From: the human T2T-CHM13v2.0 reference genome, Homo sapiens
Assembly (NCBI RefSeq): GCF_009914755.1
Contig: NC_060937.1
Strand: one strand, 5' to 3'
DNA: 64,000 bases
Shown here: piece by piece, positions 55,896 through 64,000 of the stretch
Position numbering within the stretch: the stretch's first letter is position 1
Layout: each line of letters opens with the position of its first letter
Notes under the pieces: generated by a model
The model's input: the letters and a program-made list of their open reading frames with translations, nothing else
Database searches by the model: none
Told to the model about the DNA's origin: nothing
Translations under genes and position numbers: made by a program

Positions 55896-58800
55896 ATGAC
55901 AGGATCAAATTTCTACATCACAATATCAACCTTAAATGTAAATGGGCTAAATGCCCCAGTTAAAAGACAAAGACTGACAAATTGGATAAAGAATCAAAAC
56001 CCGTCAGTGTGCTGTATTCAGGAGACCCATCTCACTTGCAAAGACTTATATAGGCTCAAAACAAAGGGATAGAGGAAAATTTACCAAGCAAATGGAAAGC
56101 AAAATAAAGCAGGGGTTGCAATCCTAGTCTCTGATAAAACAGACTAAACCAACAAAGATCAAAATAGACATGAAGGGCATTGCATAATGGTAAAGGGATC
56201 AATGCAACAAGAAGAGCTAACTCTCCAAAATATATATGTCCCCCCAAAACGGGAGCACCCAGATACATAAAGCAAGTTCTTAGAGACCAAAAAGAGACTG
56301 AGGCTCCCACACAATAATAGTGGGAGACTTTAACAAACCACTGTCTATATTAGACAGATCAATGAAGCAGAAAATTAACAAGGATATTCAGGACTTCAAC
56401 TCAGCTCTGTACCAAGCAGACCTAATAGACATTTACAGAACTCTCCACCCAAAATCAACAGAATATACATTCTTCAAAGCACCACATCTCGCTTATTCTA
56501 AAATTGACCATGTAATTGGAAGTAAAACACTCCTTAGCAAATGCAAAAGAACGGAAATCATAACAAGCAGTCTCTCAGACCACAGTGCAATCAAATTAGA
56601 ACTCAGGATTAAGGAACTCACTCAAAACCACACAACTACATGGAAACTGAACAACCTGCTCCTTAATGACTACTTGGTAAATAATAAAATTAAGGCAGAA
56701 ATAAATGAGTTCTTTGAAACCAATGAGGACAAAGACGCAATGTAACAGAATCTCTGTGACACAGCTAAAGCAGTCTTAAGAGGGAAATTTATAGCACTAA
56801 ATGCCCACATCAGAAAGCTAGAAAGATCTCAAATCAATACCCTAACATCACAATTAAAAGAACTAGAGAAGCAAGAGCAAACAAATTCAAAAGCTAGCAG
56901 AAGACAAGAAGTAACTAAGATCGAAGCAGAATGGAAGGAGACAGAGACACAAAAAGCCCTTCAAAAAATCAATGAATCGAGGAGGTGGTTTTTTGAAAAG
57001 ACAAACAAAATAGATAGACCGCTAGCCAGACTGATTAAGAAGAAAAGAGAGAAGAATCAAATAGACACAATAAAAAATGATAAAGGGGAGATCACCACTG
57101 ATCCCACACAAATACAAACTACCATCATAGAATACTATAAGCACTTCTACCAAATAAACTAGAAAATCTTGAAGAAATGCATAAATTCCTAGACACATAC
57201 ACCCTCCCGAGACTAAACCAGGAAGAAGTTGAATCCGTGATTAGACCAATAACAAGTTCTGAAATCGAGGGAGTAATTAACAGCCTATCAACCAAAAAAA
57301 GCCCAGGACCAGATGGATTCACAGCTGAATTCTACCAGAGGTACAAAGAAAACCTGGTACAATATTTTCTGAAACTGTTCAAAAAAAATAGAAAAAGAGG
57401 GACTCCTCCCTAACTCATTTTATGAGGCCAGCATCATCCTGATACCAACACCTGGCAGAGACACAACAACAACAAAAAAACTTCAGGCCAATATCCCTGA
57501 TGAACATCGATGAGAAAATCCACAACAAAGTACTGGCAAACTGAATCCAGCAGCACATCAAAAAGCTTATCCATCATGATAAAGATCGGCTTCATCCTTG
57601 GGATGCAAGGCTGATTCAACAAATGCAAATCAATAAACATAATCCATCACATAAACGGAACCAATGACAAAAAGCACATGATTATCTCAATAGATGCAGA
57701 AAAGGCCTTTGATAAAATTCAACACCCCTTCATGCTAAAAACACTCAATAAACTAGGTATTGATGGAATGAATCTCAACATAATAAGAGCAATTTATGAC
57801 AAACCCACAGACAATATCATACTGAATGGGCAAAAGCTGGAAGCATTCCCTTTGAAAACCAGCACAAGACAAGGATGACCTCTCTCACCACTCCTATTCA
57901 ACATAGTATTGGAAGTTCTGGCCAGGGCTATCAGGCAAGAGAAGGGTATTCAAACAGGAAGAGAGGAGGTCAAATTATCTCTTGCATATGACATGATTGT
58001 GTATTTAGAAAACCCCATCGTCTCAGCCCAAAAACTCCTTAAGCTTAAGTCTCAGGATACAAAATCAATGTGCAAAATCACAAGCATTCCTATACACCAA
58101 TAACAGTCAAACAGAGAGCCAAATCATGAGCCAACTCCCATTCACAATTACTACAAAGAGAATAAAATACCTAGGAATACAACTTACAAGGGATGTGAAG
58201 GACTTCTTTAAGGAGAACTACAAACCACTGCTCAAGGAAATAAGAGAGGACACAAACAAATGGAAAAACATTCCATGCTCATGAATACAAAGAATTAATA
58301 ACGTGAAAATGGCCATACTTCCCAAAGTAATTTATAGATTCAATGTTATTCCCATCTAGCTACCATTGAATTCCTTCACTGAATTAGAAAAATCAACTTC
58401 AAATTTCATATGGAACCAAAAAAGAGCCCATATAGCCAAGACAATCCTAAGCAAAAAGAACAAAGCTGGTGGCATCATGCTACCTGACTTCAAACTACAC
58501 TACAAGGCTACAGTACCCAAAACAGCTTGGTACTGGTACCAAAACAGATATATAGACCACTGGAACAGATCAGAGGCCACAGAAATAACACCACACATCT
58601 AAAACCATCTGTTCTTTGACAAACATGACAAAAACAAGCAATGGGGAAAGAATTCCCTATTTAATAAATGGTGTTGAGAGAACCAGCTAGGCATATACAG
58701 AAAACTGAAACTGGACCCCTTCCTTACACCTTATAAAAAAATTAACTCAAGATGGATCAAAGACTTAAATGTTAGACCTAAAACCATAAAAACCCTAGAA

Positions 58801-59696
58801 GAAAACCTGAAATACCATTCAGGACATAGACATGGGCAAAGTCTTCATGACTGAAACACCAAAAGTAATGGCAACAAAAGCCAAAATTGACAAATAAGAT
58901 CTAATTAAACTAAAGAGCTTCTGCACAGCAAAAGAAACTATCATCAGAGAGAACAGGCAACATACAGAATGGGAGAAAATTTTTGCAATCTATCCATCTG
59001 ACAAAGGGCTAATAACCAGAGTCTACGAGGACCTTAAACACATTTACGATAAAAAACCAAACAACCACATCAGAAAGTGGGCAAAGGATATGAACAGACA
59101 CTTTTCAAAAGAAGACATTTATGCGGCCAACAAACACATGAAAAAAAGCTCATCATCACTGGTCATTAGATAAATGCAAATCAAAACCACAATGAGATAG
59201 CATCTCACACCAGTTCGAGTGGCAATCACTAAAAAGTCAGGAAAAAACAGATGCTGCAGGGCATTTGGAGAAATAGGAACACTTTTACACTGCTGGTGGA
59301 AGTGTAAATTAGTTCAACCATTGTGGAAGACAGTGTGGCGATTCCTCAAGGATCTAGAACTAGAAATACCATTTGACCCAGCAATCTCATTACTGGGTAT
59401 ATACCCGAAGGATTATAAATCATTCTACTATAAAGACACATGCACACATATGTTGGTAATTGCAGCACTATTCACAATAACAAAGACTTGGAACCAACCC
59501 AAATGCTTATCAATGTTAGACTGGATAAAGAAAATTTGGCACATGTACAACATGGAATACTATGCAGCCATAAAAAAAGAATGAGTTCATGTCCTTTGCA
59601 GGGACATGGATGAAGCTGGAAACCATCATTCTCAGCAAACTAACACAAGAACAGAAAACCAAATACCACATGTTCTTACTCTTAAGTGAGAGTTGA
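55896..59696 (+). pseudogene. Disrupted L1 ORF2p (endonuclease / reverse transcriptase)
   Basis: Start atgacaggatcaaat, then GDFN...SKIDH...[22 protein letters not shown] and [16 protein letters not shown]. The catalytic FADD motif is degraded to LAYD. Many stops and indels. Confidence 0.92.
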
Positions 59697-62229
59697 ACAA
59701 TGAAAACACATGGACACAGGGAGAGGAACATCACACACCAGGGCCTATCACAGGATGGGGGAAATGGGGAGAGATAACATTAGGAGAAATACCTAATGTA
59801 GATGACTCGGGTTTATGGGTGCAGCAAACCACCTTGGCACATGTATACCTATGTAACAAACCTGCACATTCTGCACATGTATCCCAGAACTCAAAGTATT
59901 AAATAAAAAGATATGCTAATAAAGCAACTATTTAAAATTTAAAAAAAATGTTTATTGATGAATGTGCTCCTGTTTGTTTTTTGTTTTTTTTCTAAATTAT
60001 AATCTGTGAACTGGTTAGTGAATCAGGGCATTACATTTGTAGTCAGGATCATTCACCTGCCTCACTTGACCACTGGAGTGGTGCGCAGACCACCCTTTCT
60101 CAGCACTGTCATCCAAATTGATGGACTGTTCTTTTAGTACTTCAGTTGTCTTAGGCAAGAAAACTAACCATTATGCGCAACGACTCTCTGTACAGTATTT
60201 TAATGGCAAAATTTATGTCTGCTTTTCTCACTTTATAAAATTGAGTCTCTAGTCATTTTAATATTTGGTAGATTTCTTCTGCTCTGAATAAACTTGTTTT
60301 AAAGTGAATTTTGGAAGGCAATGGTAAATAAGAAATGCAGACCCTCTGTGTTTGAATGCCTTAAATATCTGTTTGGTGATTTGTTTCCTGCTTTTACATA
60401 TGTATTCGCTTATTTTTATTACCCTGGTAAGGACTGAATTCTTATAAGAGCTAAATGTAGGATAAAAGATTGTTTCATTCTTTTCCTAATATTAACCAAA
60501 CTAAAATTCTCCATGTTCTCATAAGCTATGAATCAAAACCCAAAACAAGCTCCCTGTCAGAAACCAAACAGTGTATTTTTATATATGGTTGCCAAATAGT
60601 TGCTAAATCCATGAGTTTCTAAACCACTCACCCTGGTTCGCTATCGTTTTAAAGGGAAAAACAAGTACATGTGTTGTTTCCTTGAATATATTTGAAAATA
60701 CATTAATGCTTGAGGGAGAGTATTTTTTATATGTTGACATTTATTTCTTCTTTTGCAATTGTGTATTTATAACTTGTCTTCTCTTATTTTTATTGTCTCA
60801 CTAATCTTTCCCCTTAGCAGATCCTTTATACTTTGTTAGAAATACTTGGCTTTTTCAGGAAGGTACCTTTATATCCCTGTGGAAATAAATTGGCCTCAGT
60901 TGTCCTCTTAGCACATCAGCTTTTGGGGAATAAATTGGAGGCTTTAGAAGTGTTTCTCAACATGAATCTGATGCTTCAAAGAAATCTCTAGAAAACATAC
61001 TATTTAGAAGCAATAATGCTTAAATATTTGTAGTTAAGGAAATCTTTCCAGACATTTTATTTCACTTCACATGAAAACTGGATTTTTATATCCCTGCAGT
61101 TAATCTGATTTTTTACCATATTCTAAATTAAATCTTTTTATGATATTATGCATGTAATTATACTTCTATATTCCTGAATATTTGAAAATAGTTGTAGTTT
61201 CCTCTGAGATAAGCATGGCATTGATTTACCTGAGAAATATATTACATATTACCCATTTTTGCCAAAATTTAAATGCTTTACAGTTGTGGAGAATGCTTTA
61301 TGAATACACAAAGGTCATATTAGGTAATAACATTTGTTGACATTTTAGTTTTGCTCAGTATTATGTTATAATTATAGTCTTTCTAGATTTGTGGATGTTT
61401 AGCTAACCTGTCTTCTTTAGAGTAACTTTTCTGCAAGCTTTTGTAAATCTCTTTGTAGGTAGTAACCTCACTTCTAGATTTTCTTCTTACCAGGAAATAT
61501 TTCATCTCCCATAAATCATATCTAGAAAAATGGAAAATAAATAGTCATATTGGTTGGTGATTGTGAGTTTTCTACTAAATTTTATTAAATATCTAATCAA
61601 TCATCTTTTTTAATGTAATCATTCTAACATGTTACATACACCATGAGAATGAGAATGTGTTTAATTCTTTTTGTCTAGGAGAGTCCCTTTTCATGTCCTC
61701 CTGGGATGCATGGAATTAAACATTTTTAGACAAATTTCTCTCATTATGCTAGTGTTTAATATTCTTATCCTTGGTTTTATGTGGGTTACAGTTCCTCTTC
61801 ACCTAGAGAATAAATAATACTAAATTCTCAGTCACTGAAAACAACCTGCAACCTGTATCCAAACCATCTTTTCATCCTGATTTTGTTTTTCAGTTTCTCT
61901 TTGTATATTTCATCATTCCTTACACAGAGTTAGCAAAATAAATTAGTTTAATAAATGAATTAATGAATCCTTTGAGGAATGAATAAATAACACTCACACT
62001 TTGTCAGGTCAATATCAACATTCTAGAAAAATGAGTTCATCTGACATTTTCTAAAGAAGTCTTCCTTTTCCACTTCCCTGCATCCCACAGTCCATACCTC
62101 TACATGATAGAATTCCAGTTATTTTCCAGGTACAGCTCAAATGCCTTTCCTGATGTATCTTAAAAGCAATATCCCCATTTCCTGAATTCCACAGATCTGC
62201 ATTTCCCTAAGAGGTGGCATTATAACTAT

Positions 62230-62440
62230 AGCAAAGCTAGTTAGTGATTATCTAGCGCTTACTAGTTTCCATACATAGTTGTTTATTCATTGTTTTCAAT
62301 CTCATGTAACCCTTACAAATTAAAAAAGAGAGAGAAAGATATAAAACTGAGGAAAGTGGGGCAGAGAGAGTATTCATGGGGAGTTGAATTTGGATTGGAA
62401 CCCAAAAAGCTTGATCCACATCCTATGCTATCACATTATG
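62230..62440 (-). mobile_element. MIR fragment
   Basis: caatctcatgtaacccttac...gatataaaactgagg...gaatttggattggaaccc. Confidence 0.5.
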
Positions 62441-62500
62441 CTGAACATAAAGATATAGTATTATGATTAATTCTCTCTATATAAAATTTATTTCTATGTT

Positions 62501-62602
62501 TTATATATATACATATATGTGTGTATGTGTGTGTGTATATATATATAGATATAGTGAGTATATATATATATAGATATAGTGAGTATATATATATATACTC
62601 AC
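62501..62602. repeat. (TA)n/(TG)n compound microsatellite with a duplicated unit
   Basis: (ta)n-gatatagtgag occurs twice and the tract ends in a 24 bp palindrome. Confidence 0.9.
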
Positions 62603-63232
62603 AAAGGATCTTTAAATAGAATTGAACCACATGTATGATTTGAACTTAACCTGTGTGCTTCCTATGTATGGCCCGTCAATACTGTTCCAAACTAAGTAAC
62701 TATCTCTTGGTTTTTCCAACATTTATCATGTTATTCCAGCCCAAAATACATCTAATTGTATGATGCCATTCGACCAATCTTGCTTCCTGTTTCTGAATAA
62801 TTATCGTTTTCTTCCTGACCTTTAATCTTTCTGAAATGTATAACTCTTCTGTCTGCAACTAACTTTAGATAAGTACATTCATAAGAAGCTAATTTGTAGG
62901 ATGAATGTGTTATAAACAAGTTGAAATAACAAATAGAAAGTTTAATTATATTACAACAGTATTTTTAAAATTATATTGCACATTTTATCTCACTATTTTC
63001 AAAACTCTATTTCAAGAAGCTAATACATATAGATAAACAGACAAATAGGCCTCTTACACTTGGAGAATTCCTGGTTTCCTCATCTAGGTTTCTATAGGTC
63101 ATATTTCAATCACCCAACTTACCAAATTTTATTATACTATTTTTCATTTCATGTGTATGTCTTTCTCCAGCCTGTGGGTTTCTTGAGGACAGCAGCTCTT
63201 TTAAATACAGATACTGACCTAGCATGGCATTT

Positions 63233-63594
63233 TCTTTTTTTAATTTTCTTTTTTTATTTTATTGGGTATATAACAGATGTATATATTTATGGAGCACATG
63301 AGAATTTTTATACAGGCATACAAAGTATAATAATCTTATCAGGGTAAATGGGGTTTCTATCACCTCTCTTACCATTTCTTTGTATTACAAAATTCCAATT
63401 ATACTCTTGGTTATTTTAAAATATACAATAAATTACTGTTGACTGTAGTCACCCTGTTGTGCTATCGGATACTAGATCTTACTTATTCTTACTATATTTT
63501 TGTACCCATTAACCATTCTCACTCCTTCCACCCACAGTACCTGCCCACATGCTTTCGCAGACTCTGGTAACCATCCTTCTACTCTCCATCTCCA
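63233..63594 (-). mobile_element. 5'-truncated L1MA (L1MA2/3-like) 3' end
   Basis: gtatatatttatgg...cagggtaaatgggg...gactgtagtcaccctgttgtgctatc...ctctggtaaccatccttctactctc. TSD tagcatggcattt / tagcatgacgttt. Confidence 0.85.
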
Positions 63595-63619
63595 TAGCAT
63601 GACGTTTGCCAATGATCTA

Positions 63620-63865
63620 ACCTAATAAAGCCTTCTCCCCTATATCACTTTTTTCCTGCAAATTACTCTGCTGTATTCTCTTAATAGACCAAAATTACCT
63701 TTTAATTTTTTTTGTCTCTTAAGATTTTCTATATCCAATCTATCACCTCCTCCTTCTAACCTCCCATAAGAGAAGGAACTTGTCTTTCTCCACATTGAAT
63801 TTCCTGGACAGAGAAGTGGACCTGGCCCTCAGCAGGTGCTCAATATATACTTGTTTAATGAATAA
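63620..63865 (+). mobile_element. L2 3' end
   Basis: cctcccataagagaaggaacttgtc...cctggccctcagcaggtgctcaatatatacttgtttaatgaat. Confidence 0.7.
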
Positions 63866-64000
63866 CTACTGGATTCTCAATAATTCATTTTGGAATTTAT
63901 GAGTGACGATTATAAAACTACAATATTTGGTTATAATATCAAGTAAACTTTAAAATTGCATTCATGAAAGAAAAGTCAAATTGGGATTTGTTTTTTGCAT

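Larger units (their letters stand above)
53472..59947 (+). mobile_element. Full-length LINE-1, L1PA7/L1PA8-like, inactive
   Basis: 5' UTR start ggcaagatggccaaata, a ~1.3 kb UTR, ORF1, ORF2, 3' UTR and A tail. Candidate TSD atgtttatt at 53463-53471 and 59948-59956. Confidence 0.95.

Noticed and set aside
55896-59696. Reverse transcriptase as part of a novel or active system
   Set aside because: Ordinary decayed L1 ORF2 with stops, frameshifts and a broken catalytic motif

Overview
This window is AT-rich, CpG-depleted primate (human-like) genomic DNA, either intergenic or deep inside a large intron. No protein-coding gene, RNA gene or CRISPR array can be supported. The ORF track is explained by Alu, L1, LTR and low-complexity sequence or by chance. 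Interspersed repeats dominate: 13 Alus or Alu fragments (J, S and one Y), a full-length but dead L1PA7/8-like element (53472-59947), a 4.6 kb antisense L1MA hosting a Tigger1 derivative and an AluY, several LTRs (MER4A, THE1, MLT1), Tigger3a and MADE1 DNA-transposon remnants, and many L2/MIR relics. Three things stand out. (1) An ~85 bp CpG-rich segment at 48573-48658, able to fold as an imperfect hairpin, sits where the end and target-site duplication (TSD) of a THE1 LTR should be and does not look like the surrounding DNA. (2) A MER4A LTR has an inverted copy of its first ~175 bp around a 5'-truncated Alu. (3) The L1PA carries a probable short 3' transduction. Repeat subfamily calls come from remembered consensus sequences, and boundaries of old repeats are approximate.
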